A stretch of 64,000 nt of DNA. It comes from Camelus dromedarius. Its lineage: Eukaryota. Location of the stretch: contig NC_087437.1 of NCBI RefSeq assembly GCF_036321535.1, positions 17,114,001 through 17,178,000 of the forward strand. Reading direction: 5' to 3'. A program made the position numbers and the translations under genes. A model generated the notes under the pieces. It did no database searches. It was not told where the DNA came from and saw nothing but the letters and a program-made list of their open reading frames with translations. Below are positions 12,825 through 26,529 of this stretch, in pieces. How positions within the stretch are numbered: the first letter of the stretch is position 1; the number at the start of each line of letters is the position of its first letter.

Positions 12825-15529
12825 CTGTGGAACAACAGATTTTACAGTTAATCTTTTTCTAACCCATGCTAAATATTAAATTTAATCTGATCACTGCTTG
12901 AAAAGTTTTATATGAAACCTTTTGAGTTTTTCTTTCTTCCCCCAAACTTCTACCTATTCTAAAGGAATTCCTTGTTTAAGAAATTCAAAGTTCTTTAGAC
13001 ATCTTAAAAAACCTGGAATATGCTATGAATTAGGTAAGTATAAGAAAAAATATTTAGAAGAGTTTTAGGGAGGATCCTAAGGATTGACTTAAATATATAC
13101 TGATGCTATCCAGACATATAGCTGGCTGCCTCAGTCTGAAAAACATCCAAGTATAGAGTGTTCTCTCCCTTCAAGGCTTCTTCTAATATTTTTATCATCA
13201 GAATATTCTTCTATAAATCGAAACTAAATGTCCCTTAATCTAACAACACATTTTAGTTAAATCTGTTTCTTCCTCTGAACGTGAAAAGTTGTTCGGTAGC
13301 CTCTACAACATGATGAAACAAAGGAAAGGTTAAACCTTTTTGATCTCATTCTTTTGCACTATTTTTATCTTAGTTATTTTATTTTTATCTCCAATATGGT
13401 TCTGTAAATATTATCACTCTCATAATAAGAGTGGTTTATATTGGAAACCTGTGTTAAAAATTAACATAACTTAAAGAAACCAGAACAAGGTTCAAAATCA
13501 ACTTAAGTATAGAGAATCCTGGCCTAATAATTAAATGAGGTTCAGTTTCAACTATTTAAATATAAAATATTCAAGTTAAAAATCACAAGAGTAACACTCA
13601 ATGAGTCAGTAAGAAAATAATTACTTTATAACCTCTAACAGGCTCCTTCACAGTGATTACCAGTTCCAGTATAAGCCACATTTAAAAACGTGGTGGGAAA
13701 AGTATCTAAAATTTGCTGCACTCTCATAGGAAAGACAGAGTAAAACAGCAGACTAAAAGTCAAAGTGTGATCTTAATTCAGAGTCTCAGCAAAAAGTACA
13801 ATGGCACACTTGGTACATTAAACTTATTTTGACTTAATTTTTACTAATCTATAAAATGAGAAAAATAATATCTACCCATTTAATCAGAACCACTTTTAAG
13901 CACATTTTATTTATTGATACATTGCTCTTATTAATTTTCAGGATGCTGAATTCATCAAGTCCCGCCAACAGGTATCCCCCATAATCACCTGTAGAGATGA
14001 GACAGTCTAGGGTGGAAAGTATATGAAAAGGAAAAATACTTTTAAAGAGTTCTTCCCCAATATGCAATTTCCTAAACAAAATGAGATACTTTTTATTGTG
14101 ACTATATACTTTTTTAATGCCAAGAACAGATATGTATAGAGTATTCAATAGTGCTGAAGGCAGGTTGTTCATGCACTGCAATACAGCCTCTATTTTTAGT
14201 GGATTTTAAAGTTTCAAGTAAACAAGAAATGTATTAAATTGATAATTAAAATGATCTTAAATAAAAGTAACTTTCTGTCAGACAGTTTTAAAATCACTCA
14301 ATTAAACAGTTTTGTTTACATTTAACCCTGTTTGGGTCATGAAATATTTTGCAATCTGAAACAGATTCCCATAGATAACAGGCATGTAATTTCAGGGGTT
14401 AATTCACAGTACTCTTAGTAAGTAAAATCATATTATAAGTACTAATAAACAAGCAAAAGAAATAAAACAGATCTTAAAGTTATTAGACATGGGAAGAATT
14501 AATTGTTCTTCTTGGGGAGATGGAAATATTTTATATTTTGAAAGCAGTGTAATTACATTGTTGTATGCATTTGTCAAAAGTCATCCATCTATACACTCTA
14601 AATGTGTGAATTTTAATGTATGGAAAGTAGATCTTGGTAAAATTCATTTTTTTTTTAATTCAAGAAAAAGGACAACACTAATCATACTATTTCAGTAACA
14701 AGTTGCACATATTACTGTTAAAATACCTCAAATGTAAATAATGTTCAACTACTCTATTTCCATGACTGACTGACTATACTCTCAATAAACTAGCTTAGTT
14801 CACAAAGGGTGAACTGCAGTGATGCTATTTCACTGCATCATTTTAATGCAGTGAAGTAAAAGGCAACAAAACAGTAAGCTCTGTTCAAGCATTCTTCTTT
14901 GCCCCTTTTTATATTTTCTAACCTGGAAATGGTTCCCATTTAGCTCACCCACTAGGAAAAAGTATGGCAGAGATCACTCCTTATTAATCTTTGTATTCCC
15001 CTGAGCCTTGAAAAATGTGTGGTATCTTAAGCTCCTCTGTCCTATTAAGTTTTCCTTGACAAAGAAAAAAATCTTGCTGTAACTTAAGACTAGTACTCAA
15101 AATAAATTAAAAAGCTAATCTCAGTTCACCTTTGTATTCTTGGTTCTTAGAGGTGCACATTTTTAATATAAGATTATCGTAAGATTATGTATTGCAAAGG
15201 TAAATTAAAAATCTGAAGTAATTCAGGTTCATAGAAACATAAAATCTGAAAACAAAGAATAAAAAAGAGTGAAGATTATCTTCCACCTTATCCATGAGAA
15301 TCCTAAAAGAATAATCCACCAACTTACATATTTTATATTAAAAAATAAAAGATTGAGCAGGCTTTCCTGACAGGATTGTACTTTCAATAAAGATTGAGGA
15401 AGAACTTTCAAAACTGTCATTTAAAAATATGAATAATTCCAGAAATGAAAGTAACACCAGAAAGCTACCATCATCAAGTCCTTGATCATTTAAATTATGT
15501 CAAACTGTCAGTGACAGCATAACTTGATA

Positions 15530-16095
15530 CAATCCCTGTGGTATGCAATTTGGCAAATGTCTATCAAAATTACAAATTACATACTCATTTGCCTTGATGT
15601 TATACTTATTTCAAAGCATGTGTGAAACCACACATGTGCAAAATAGTAACATACAAGGCTATTCCCCGAAACGCTTTTTGTAATAGTAAAAAGGGGAAAA
15701 AAACCTATATGCCAAAAAATAAGAATCTGATTACATAAGTAAAAATGATGATAATAATCACAATGGTGGTGGCAACCAACATTTGGGTGCTCATCATCTT
15801 TGAGGCACTGTGCTAAATAAACGCTTAAACTTCACAACAACCCTATTCAGAATGTACAATTTTTTCCTTTCATTTTACAGATGAGAAAATTGAGGCGCCC
15901 AGAGATTTGGCAACTTGTAAAAGAGGTTTCCCAGCAGCAGATCCATGGCCTAGATGCAGGCAGTCTGGCTACAGGGTCCATGACAAACTACTACTTTTAA
16001 AGTCAATGGAATCCATGGAGATATAAAGAACAATAAAGCTATCTATGACTGACATGAAAAGATCTGTAGGATATATTCATATGTGAAAAAAGAAG
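15530..16095 (+). mobile_element. Ancient L1ME-type 3' fragment, left half; contains an antisense MIR at ~15760-15975 and continues at 22875-23115
   Basis: caatttggcaaatgtctatcaaaattacaa and ctgacatgaaaagatct..gatatatt..gtgaaaaaag. MIR core: cattttacagatgagaaaattgaggc. Confidence 0.6.
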
Positions 16096-16097
16096 GG

Positions 16098-17570
16098 ATA
16101 GCTTCCAGATCAAAATGGTGACATAGGAAGATCCTGAACTCACCTTCTGACATGGACACAGTCAATTTCCAGGTACACATGAAAATTTTTCCTCTTAAAC
16201 CTAAAGCCTAGCTGAATGATGACTATACATACATCAGGAAAACAAGAAGAAGCCACATCAAAGTGGGCAGGAGAGGCTGGCACAAAATAAACCTCACCTA
16301 CAGCACAGTGAACCACAATTGGGAGGGAGCTAAAAACCAGAGTTTCTCCCTAAGGAGTGATGGGATCAAACCTCATTATCAGGTACCCCAAATTTTAAGA
16401 CACGCACTTGAGATGAGCCCTCAAAATATCTAATTTTGAAAACCAGCAGGCTTTGTACCCCAAGATGCACAAGACAGTACCAATCTGGTAGAAAGCTCTT
16501 AAAGGACCTGCAGAACTCGGACTCATCCATCCAGGATATAGCTCAGAGGCACCCTATCACAACCAAACAAAGTGAATAAAGATTATTTGCTTATATTAAA
16601 ACCATATCCTAAGGGGCAGGCATCTAATTTAACACACACATCTAGGAGCCCGCTGGGGCACTCTCTGGGGACAGAGAGAGGTAGGCACCATCTTCACTTT
16701 CCCTCTACCATGCTCTAAGCATCAATATCTCCTGGAAGGGAGCCTTTACATGTGCCTGGTGCCCTGATTTTTTTGGCTGCTGCCCAGGATATGATTTTTG
16801 ATTACCTGGCTCTGGAGTCCAGGGGAACCTGCATTCCTGATCACACAGAACTATAATCAACTGTGTCACTCAGAATGGAGCTCATACCCATCTGGTACCT
16901 TGATTTTTGTGACTGCTGCCAGGGGACAACTTTACTTCACCTGGCTTTGGTGGCCAGTGGAGCTTACATTCATAGATCCCACAGTACTGTAACCAATGAA
17001 GAGAGTTCCAAAACCAGCTACCACCGCCAGGGCCCATCAGGAGGCAACAGACCTAAGAGCTCAGTTTTTCTGGACTAGAGGCCTATTAGCTAATCATTTA
17101 TGACTGTGGTGTAAGGGGCAAGGACCTCTTCAAACACACATTTAGGGGCTGACTAATCTTTTTCAAAGATTTCAGAGGGTGGGCACTATCTTCACACTTG
17201 CCTTCTGCAGAATTCCAAAGCACCAGTGTCTCCTGATAGGAAGCTTTACACACATCTAGTGTGCTGGTTTTGTGTCTAACGTTACGGGTTTTGCATGGGT
17301 AGAGCCCAGGGCCCCTTGATCACCTGGCTCTGGTGCTGAAGGGGCTTGGTTACCTGGGTCTCATGGGCCTATGGCAATGTGAGGGATGGTTCTGGGCAGG
17401 CTATCACACCCAGGGCACTGCACAGACAGCTGACTGAAGCAGTCCACAGTCCATGAAAGAGGTCACTTTGCCTGTCCTGGAGCTTGGGGTTGAGGGGCAG
17501 GTTTCGGGTTTGACACACATGTAGTGGCACACAAAAACTGCTCTCAAGGAACATAGACTGTTGATGTCAC
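16098..17570 (+). mobile_element. L1 5'UTR with internal ~400-500-nt repeated units; no ORF1 follows
   Basis: Starts gatcaaaatggtgacataggaagatcctgaactcacc, homologous to 1911-1945. The unit aacacacatctagg..ggcaccatcttcac..tctcctg recurs at ~16630, ~17130 and ~17510. Confidence 0.8.
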
Positions 17571-20500
17571 TACTACTAGAAAAAAACTGGAAAACCTGTG
17601 AACACGTGGAGGCTGAAGAATATGCTACTAAAAAAGCCAATGGATCACTGAAAAAATCAAAGAGGCAATCAAAAATACTTTGATACAAATGAAAATAAAA
17701 ACACAATGATCCAAAACCTCTGGAATACAGCGAAAGCAATTCTCAAAGGGAAGTTTATAGCACTACAAGCCTACCTCAGGAAACAAGAAAAATCTCAAAT
17801 TAAAAACCTAACCTTACACTTAAAGCAATTAGAGAAAGAACAAAGCAAGCCCAAAATTAGTAGAAGAAAAGAAACCATAAAGATTAGAGCAGAAATAAAT
17901 GAAAGAGACTGAAAAAAAAAAATAGAAAAAACAATGAAACTAAAAGCTAGTTCTTTGAAAACATAAACAAAATTGATAAAACTATAGTCAGACTCATCAA
18001 GAAAAAAAGTGAGGGCCCAAATTAATAAAATCAGAAATTAAAAAGGAGAAGTTACAACCGACAGCACAAAAATACAAGGGATCATAAGAGACCACTATGA
18101 GCAACTATATGCCAACAAAAAAGACAATGTAGAAGAAAAGGACAATTTCCTAGAAAGGTACAATTTGCCAAGACTGAAGCAGTAAGAAACAGACAATGTG
18201 ACTAGATCAATCACCAGTACTGAAATTGAATCAGTAATTTAAAAACTCCTAACACAAAAGTCCAGATGTCTTCACAAGTGAATTCTATAAAACATTTAGA
18301 GAAGAGTTAACACCTATCCTTCTGAAACTATTCCAAAAAATTTCAGAGGAAGGAACACTTCCAAACTAATTCCATGAGATTCTCATCATCCTCATACCAA
18401 AACCAGACAAAGATATCACAAAAAAGGAAATTATAGGCCAATATCACTTATGAATATAGATGCAAAAACCCTCAACAAAATACTAGCAAACAGACTCCAA
18501 CAATGCATTAAAAGAATCATACACCATGATCAAGTGGGATTTATCCCAGGGATGCAGGGATTTTTCAGTATCTGCAAATCAATCAATGTGATACAACACA
18601 TTAACAAACTGAAGAATAAAAACCATATGATTATCTCAATAGATGCAGAAAAAGCTTTTGATAAAATTCAACATCCATTTATGATAAAAATTCTTACCAA
18701 TTACCAAAGTGGGTATAGAGGGAATATTCCTTAATATAATAAAAGCCATATGACAAACCCACAGCTAACATCACACTTAATGGGGAAAAGCTGAAAACAT
18801 TTCCTCTAAGACCAGGAACAAGACAAGGATGTCCACTCTCACCAGTTTTATTCAACACAGTTTTGGAAGTTCTACCCATAGCAATCAGAGAAGAAAAAGA
18901 AATAAAAGGAATCCAAATTGGAAACGAAGAAGTAAAACTGTCACTGTTTCTAGATGACATGATACTACACACAGAAAACCCTAAAGAAGTGACCCAAAAA
19001 CTATGAGAACTCATCAATGAATTTGATAAAGTTTCAGGATACAAAATTAATATACAGAAATCTGCTGTATTTCTATACACTAACAACAAAATAGCATAAA
19101 AAGAAATTAAGGAAATAATACCATTTACCATCACACCAAAAAGAATAAAATACTTAGGAATAAACCTACCTAAGGAGGCAAAAGACCTGTACTCCGAAAA
19201 CTCTAATAAGACGCTGATGAAGGAAACTGAAGACGACATAAACAAATGGAAAGATACACCGTATTCCTGCATTGGAAGAATCAATATTCTTAAAACGACC
19301 ATACTGCTCAAGGCAATATATAGATTTAATGCAATCCCTGTCAAAGTACCAATGACATTCTTTACAGAGCTGGAACAAAAAATGTTGAAATTTGTATAGA
19401 AACTTAGAAGATCCTGAATAATCAAAACAATCTTGAATAAGAATGGAGCTAGGGCAACCTTGTTCCCCAACTTCAGAGCTAAAGTAATCAAAACAGTATG
19501 TTATTGGCACAAAAAACAGACACATAGATCAATGGAACAGGATAGAGAGTCCAGAAATAAACCCATGCACTTATGGTCAATTAAATCTATGGCAAAGGAG
19601 GCAAGAATATACAATGAAAAACAGTCTCTTCAATAAGTGGTGCTTGGAAAATTGGAGAGCTACCTGTAAAAGACTGAAATTAGAACATTCTCTAACATTA
19701 TATACAAAAATAAACTCAAAATAGATTAAAGACTTAAGTATAAGACCAGATACAATAAAACTCCTAGAGGAGAACACAGGCAGAACACTCACAGACGTAA
19801 ATCACAGCAATATATTTTTGGAACCAGCTCCTGGAGTAATGGAAATAAAAGCAAAAATAAACAAACAGGATCTAATTAAACTTAAAAGCTTTTGCACAGC
19901 TAAAAATACCATCAACAAAATGAAAAGACAGACTTCAGAATGGGCGAAAACATTTGCAAATGATATGACTGACAAGGGACTAATTTCCAAAATATACAAA
20001 CAGCTTATATACCTTAATATAAAAAAAAAAACAAAACAAGTAACCCAATCCAAAAATGGGCAGAAGACTGAAACAAGCTATTCTCCAATGAAGACATACA
20101 AATGGCCAATAGGCACATGAAGAAATGCTCAATATCACTAATTATTAGAGAAATGCAAATCAAAACTATAATGATATATCACCTTACACCAGCCAGAATG
20201 GCCATAATTAAAAAGTTTACAAACGATAAATGCTAGAGAGGGTGTGGAGAAAAAGAAACCCTAGAACACTGTTGGTGGGAATGTAAACTGGTACAGCCAC
20301 TATGGAGGACAGCATGGAGGTTCCTTAAAAAACTAAAAATAGACTTACCATATGATCCAGCAATTCTGCTCCGGGGCATACACCCAGAGATAAATATAAC
20401 TCAAAAAGACACATGCACCCCAATATTCACACCAGCACTATTCACAATACCCAAGACATGGAAATAGCCCAAATGTCCATCGACAGATGACTGGATAAAG

Positions 20501-20690
20501 AAGATGTGGTATATTATACAATGGAATACTACTCAGCCATAGAAAAGAAAAATAATTCCATTTGCAACAACATGGATGGCCTGGAGAATGTCATTCTAAG
20601 TGAAGTAAGCCAGAAAGAGAAAGAAAAATGCCATATGACATGACTTATATGTGGAATCTATTTTAAAAAGGGACACAAATGAACTACTTA
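17571..20690 (+). mobile_element. L1 ORF2 from the end of the endonuclease through RT and the C-domain into the start of the 3'UTR (inactive)
   Basis: ORF peptides [20 protein letters not shown] and [40 protein letters not shown] (FADD-equivalent) motif at ~18947. Many stops. Ends at gggacacaaatgaact without a poly-A tail. Confidence 0.92.
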
Positions 20691-21185
20691 TAGTTATAAC
20701 TTAGATGACTGATTTCTTGAATATGTGTCAGCACATTTGACTGTCCTTTATGATTGGATTACTGTAATCTGTTGATTCTTATTTTGTGGTTGGTTTTATT
20801 CCTTTGATAACTATGTAAGTTTAAAAACTAAAGCTCTAAATTGTTCTTAGAAACAATGAACAACACATATATATAAATTTTAAAAATATGTGCAATATAT
20901 TGTATATACATATTTACATGCAATATAATGTATATGCGCAGTCAAACAGTAATAATTCTACCTAATAAAACTGAAAAATGGGGGGAGGGGAGGACAGCGA
21001 AGGGGCAGGAGGCAAGAAACCAGGTTGGACAAGCTTCAGTGTGACCCTCTGGAGCTTCTGGGGCAAGAACAGGGCTTGGACATGCATGGAGGAGAGGGGC
21101 TGCAGCTGAGGGCAAAGGAGCTGAGACTAGATAATTTCTGTACATTCAGGCATGAAATAAAGTCAATAAAAATTAGAATGAAATA

Positions 21186-22845
21186 AATTGGTTGCATTTC
21201 TTTACACTAATAACAAACTATCAGAAAGAGAAATTAAGAACATGATTCTATTTACAACTGCTTCAAAAAGAAAAATATATCTAGGAATAAATTTAACAAA
21301 GGAGGTGAAAGACTGGTATGTTGAAAACAGTAAGACATTAATCAAAGAAATTAAAGAAGACATAAACAAATCAAATGCAAAAATATTCTCTATTCTTGGA
21401 TTGGAAGAATATTGTTAAACTGTCCACACCACCCAAAGTAATCTACAGATTCAACAAAATCCCTGTCAAAATTCAATGACATTTTTCACAGAAGCAGAAC
21501 AAACAACTCAAAATGGAACCACAGAAGACCCCAAGTAGCCAAAGCAAATGAGAAAGAAAAATAAAGCTGGAGGCATCACTCTTCCTGATTTCAAACTACA
21601 AAACAAATCTATAATAATTAAAACAGTATGGTATTGGCATCAAAACAGACACACAGATCAGGAGAACAGAACAGAGATCTCAGGAGCAAACCTCTTGCCT
21701 CTATGATCAATTAATTTATGACAAAGCAGCCAAGAATATAAAATGGGGAAAGGACAGGCTCTTCAATAAATGGTACTGGGAAAACTGGATAGCCACATGC
21801 AAAAGAATGAAAAATTTCCAACATTTTACACCATACAAAAAAATTAACTCACAATGGATTAAAGACTTGAATGTAGGACCTAAACTATGTTTCCTAGAAG
21901 AAAATATAAGGGGGTAAGCTGGTCATGATAATGATTTTTTGGATTTGATACCAAAAGCAAAGGCAGCAGAAGCAAAAATATACAAGTGGACTACACCAGA
22001 CTAAAAAGTTTCTGAACAGCAAAGGAAATCATCAACAAAATGAAAAGGTAACCTACTGTATGTAAAAAAAAAAAATTTGCAAAACACCTGTATGATAAGG
22101 GGTTAATATCCAAAATAAACAAAAGAACTCAATAGCAAAAAACAATCCAATTAAAAATGGGCAGAACATATGAACAGACAGGTCTCCTAAGAAGATATAC
22201 AGATGGTCAACAGAAATGTAAAGATGCTCAACATCATTAATCAGGAAAAACAAAGCAAAACCACAGTAAGCTATCATTTCATAGTTGTCAGAATGGCTAT
22301 TATCAAAAAGAGACAAAATAAGAACTGGCAAGGATGTGGAAAAAAGGCAACCCTCATGCACCACTGGTGTGAATGTAAATTAGTACAACCACTGTGGAAA
22401 ACAGTACGGAGGTTCCTCAAAAAATTAAAATAGAACTACCATATGATCCAGCAATTAATTCCATTTCTTGGTAATTATCTGAAGAAAATGAAAACATTAA
22501 TTTGAAAAGATACCTGCACCTCCATGTTCATGGCAGCATTATTTACAATAGCCAAGATAAGGAGCCAACCTAAGTGTCCAAAGGATAAAGAAATTGTGGT
22601 ATACATATACAATGGAATATTATTCAGCAACAAAAAAGAATGAAATCTTGCCATTTGGAACAATATGAATGGACCTCAAAGGCAATATGCTAAGTGAAAT
22701 AAGTCAGACAAAAAGACAAATTCTGCATGATCTCTCTTACACATAGAATCTAAAAACAGGAAAAACATTTTTAAAAAGAAATAGATACAAAGAATAGAGT
22801 GGTGGTTACAATAGGTGCCTGGTGGGGGAAATAGGTGAAAAAAAA
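21186..22845 (+). mobile_element. Second, more diverged L1 ORF2 3' part plus partial 3'UTR
   Basis: ORF peptides [28 protein letters not shown] and [19 protein letters not shown]. Homologous to 19060-20660 but clearly a different copy. Confidence 0.88.
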
Positions 22846-22874
22846 TTTTTTTTAGTTTAAATAATTTGAACTTT

Positions 22875-23115
22875 TAAAATAAGGGGTATATATGTATCTG
22901 AATGTACATGAATTAAAATATTTCTGGAAAGGTACACAAACATCTGGCAAAGTTGGTTGCCTCTGAGAAAAAGAAGTATGTAGTTGGGGTTTAGGGATGT
23001 AATGGAGACATTATATTGCATACCTTTTCATTTCCTGATATCTGAAGTATATGAATATATTACTTAGACAAAATAATGAATGAATACATTACAAATAAAA
23101 AATAAATTGTTAAAA
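22875..23115 (+). mobile_element. Ancient L1ME-type 3' fragment, right half
   Basis: aaaatatttctggaaaggtacacaa..ggttgcctctgag continues the consensus interrupted at ~16095. Confidence 0.55.
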
Positions 23116-23409
23116 ACTAAACTGAAAGACAGATTGCTCTTAAACCATACAATAGCATTTATGTAGTCACTATCAATATGTACTCAGTAGAGAGCAGGCA
23201 GAAGAATGCTTGACTTGAGTTTTCAAGAAATGCAAAATTTTGTTTTCTTACCAGCTATTATATAGGACATCAAAGATGGAATCAAAGATATGAAAACAGG
23301 GCTGAAGAACACTACACTGCATAATCAGCAATATGGACAATTATAAAAAGGAACTGTATTTGTGGTCATAGCAATCACTACAAATAGCAGAACCTTCAAG
23401 AAATCATAC

Positions 23410-23740
23410 TAGAGTGGTGTAAAGTCTTTGGCAACAGATACAGTAAGGCTTAAATCTCAGCTCCACCAGTTACTAAGCTATGGGACACTGAAAAAGTCAA
23501 TGTTCTCTATGAAACTCAGGTTTCTAATCTTTAAAATGGTGATAATACTTCTTCAGAGCAAGGATGTTGTTTTGTTTAATGCAGTAATTCCTAGTGCCTG
23601 GAATAGTGCTTAGCACAGGGGAAACATTCAAAAATGTTTGTTGAACAAACAACTAAGGATATGAGAACAACATGAGATAACAAACATAAAATATTTAGCA
23701 CTGTACCCATATCATATAAGATGCTCAGTTAGTATTAAGC
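23410..23740 (+). mobile_element. MIR SINE interrupted by an L2 3' end (~23553-23650)
   Basis: MIR: aaatctcagctccacca..ctcaggtttctaatctttaaaatgg. L2 tail: cctagtgcctggaatagtgcttagcaca..aaatgtttgttgaac. Confidence 0.6.
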
Positions 23741-25032
23741 TCTCCTACTTTGAGCATTCATTTTTTGATAGATTATTCTGCCCATTTTGGAGGTGAGCAA
23801 AAGCTCTAGTTCCTTATTTGAGTTCTACTGGATGCCAGATTCCTACTTGTGCATGTTGCCAGGGTAATGCTGTTTGAAGAATAAAACCAGTCACCTCTTT
23901 TATTCCAGAACCAAGGAAAGTCATTCCAGTGGAGCTGACACAACAGCACTAAACACCCATGCCCAAAATGCCTAGAACTCATCATAGGGATGAGTTAAGG
24001 AAATAAAGAAGTCATTGTCAGAGGAAGCTAAGCAAGAACCAGCAAACTGTCTTATTCTCATACACACAAACCCATGGCTTAGAGAACCGTCTCACCTTAT
24101 CCTCTTTAGCCTTTGTCAGTTCTACCCCTCCTCTCCTCTGTTCTATGATGCCAGCCATAGCAAGAACCCTAGCCTTCTTTGTATCCTTCCAACTAGGTAC
24201 AGAAGCAGGTAGAAGAGAAGACTGAAGGGGAACAGAACTTTAATTATGACAAAAACAATTTATCCAAATAAAGCAAAAGGCTCTTTGAGGTTTGTTGCTT
24301 TTTATAGTATAGTAACATCCTGGCTCACTCAATTCCAAATCCGGGTGTGGGTAAAATACACTAACAATGCCTGAGAGTACTTAGCAGAGAGCTTTTCAAA
24401 CAGTAGACGCTTTCTAAGTAACTATCCCATGTATTAAAAACCTTTTATTTAAGGATGTTCTTTTAAAGAGTGGATTACAGAGTCTAAATAAATAACATTT
24501 AATAGGGTAACAGACCAGAGGTAATTCAAACATATAACAGGATGTTTTGGTAGTCTTATTTTTTGCTTCATTTTTAGTTAAGTAACAGGCAGCAGGTAAC
24601 AAATCAAACTAAAATGAAGAAAGACTGAAATAAATATGGATAAATGAGTAGAGAAAATCTGATACAAAAAAGGAGAAGAAATGCTGAGGCTACTAAAACT
24701 GAGGATTCACTTAAGAAACAACTGTATACCAGAAATGTAGGACTTAATAATTACCAAGGATTGCAGTGCCCAACCGTAAAAGTCTTCCTCAAGATTTAAA
24801 GAGAGTGGGAAAAAGATTGAGAAAGATAGACACTTTGCTTGCCTTTTAATGAGCATTTCAAGCTTAATTATAAATATCTTGAGATGTATTTGGTTTGTCT
24901 CAGTAATATATGCAAAACTGGAAAAAAAATTACCCCACAGATAAGTAAATATGCACTTTTAGAAACTTGTAAATCTTTTAGAATACCTTAATAATTGAAA
25001 TTGTTCTAATTTTATCTCCAATGACAAGTCTG

Positions 25033-25046
25033 TCTCTAGGTGGCAG
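25033..25046 (+). promoter_or_regulatory. Candidate CTCF-binding motif
   Basis: TCTCTAGGTGGCAG matches CCASYAGRKGGCRS at 12 of 14 positions, in apparently non-repeat sequence. Motif match only. Confidence 0.3.
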
Positions 25047-25523
25047 CCTATACTTTGCAACATTCCTTATAAAAGAAAAAAAAAAACAAATATACTTCTT
25101 CCTCTGTAAATACAAAAGGCAAGTGAAACATCAAACTAAATTCTTAAAAAAAAAAATCACATACATACTGGCACATGATAAGTGAGTACTAATTAACTAG
25201 TGCTCAAAATACATAGGGTATATTCTGTCCATGTCAAAAACAGATTAACTATACTAAATACTAGAATTTCAAATTTTGGAGCTTGGTTGAGCTATGCTAG
25301 TATAGCCCAGAGCCAAAAGCAAGCAATGTCCTAGAGCTATAACCTAGCAAACTATTTTCACCAAATCTTCAACAACTATTACAACAACTGCATTTTCAGT
25401 GCTGGTGCTGTTCACACAGACAAGAATTAGAGGAAAGGATAGTGAGGAAAATACATTTATTTTTTTAAAGATCTGTCTGCTAACCTCAGGTTCTATTACT
25501 AATGTAAATATAATTCAAGACAG

Positions 25524-25678
25524 GCAGGGTTTCTTAATCTGTGACACATGGATTCCTAAGTATCTATAAACCTTTTGAAACTATGAAAATTTGGCTCTAC
25601 GCATTTTTGTGGAGAAAAGCCCAAATTCTTCAGGAAATTATTAAAGGAATTTGAAAGTCAAAAAGGTAAACATTACAC
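25524..25678. mobile_element. Old hAT-Charlie MITE (MER112-like)
   Basis: cagggtttcttaatctg..catgga..gcatttttgtggagaaa..aaaaggtaaa resembles the recalled consensus. Confidence 0.4.
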
Positions 25679-26529
25679 ATTAAAGGAAAAAAATCAGCCA
25701 AACATTTTTCATTTTAGGGAAATAAAGGGAGAAATTAAATTGTGGCAGTAAAGAACAGCTCTAGAGAAGATTTACCCTTCTTATCATGGTATAGAAAAGC
25801 AAAGACTCTGGACTTGGGGATGAGAAGACAAGGCTAAACTCTTCTTCCTAATAAAGTGGGCCATGACTGAAATGGTATCATTTAAGGAAAACCAGGTTTC
25901 ATTTCTAAATGGCACGAGGGGCCTTATCCATGTTACAGAGATCCATAAATTACAGAATGATAATTTTTATTTATCAAGTATCCTGTTTATAGCCAATGCT
26001 ACAAGTTTCACACCAGTTACATAATATATGTAAGATAATTTAGGATTTAATTATTTGAGATTATTTAGGATTATCTGACAGTTTCTTATCAAACTGCATG
26101 TAAATGACCAAGTCCTGTTTCTTTAACCTATGCTTCAAAGCTACATCAATAGAAGGTCCCAAATAATCTCAAGTATACTTTTGTGAAGTAGCTCTTACAA
26201 CTTTTTTATGTGCCACTAAGACTTTCTCAACCAATCTTTATCTAAATTACCTCTTTTTCTATTTTATCAAACTTCTATGTATGTCATCAAAGAGAAAAAA
26301 AAAACTAACTGGGCTTAATAAGAGTCTCAAAGAATTTTCCTTAAACTGAATTCCTAAGTATTTTCTTAAAAATATTCTTTTAATTTCAGAATAGTTTTAG
26401 GCTGACAGAAAAGCTGTAAACAAAGTACAGAGGTTCCCATATACACCTCAACAAGTTTCTCCTACTGTTAATATCTGACGTAAGTGTGGTACATCTATCA
26501 CAACTAATGAGCCAATATTGACATTATTA

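Noticed and set aside
13942..13971. Plus-strand 30-nt microexon (ttttcag|GATGCT..CAACAG|gtatcc)
   Set aside because: It is on the opposite strand to STAG1, the donor is weak, and there is no other evidence of a plus-strand gene.
18694..19525. 265-aa and 119-aa hydrophobic minus-strand ORFs
   Set aside because: They are antisense frames of L1 ORF2, a common artefact, with no independent gene evidence.
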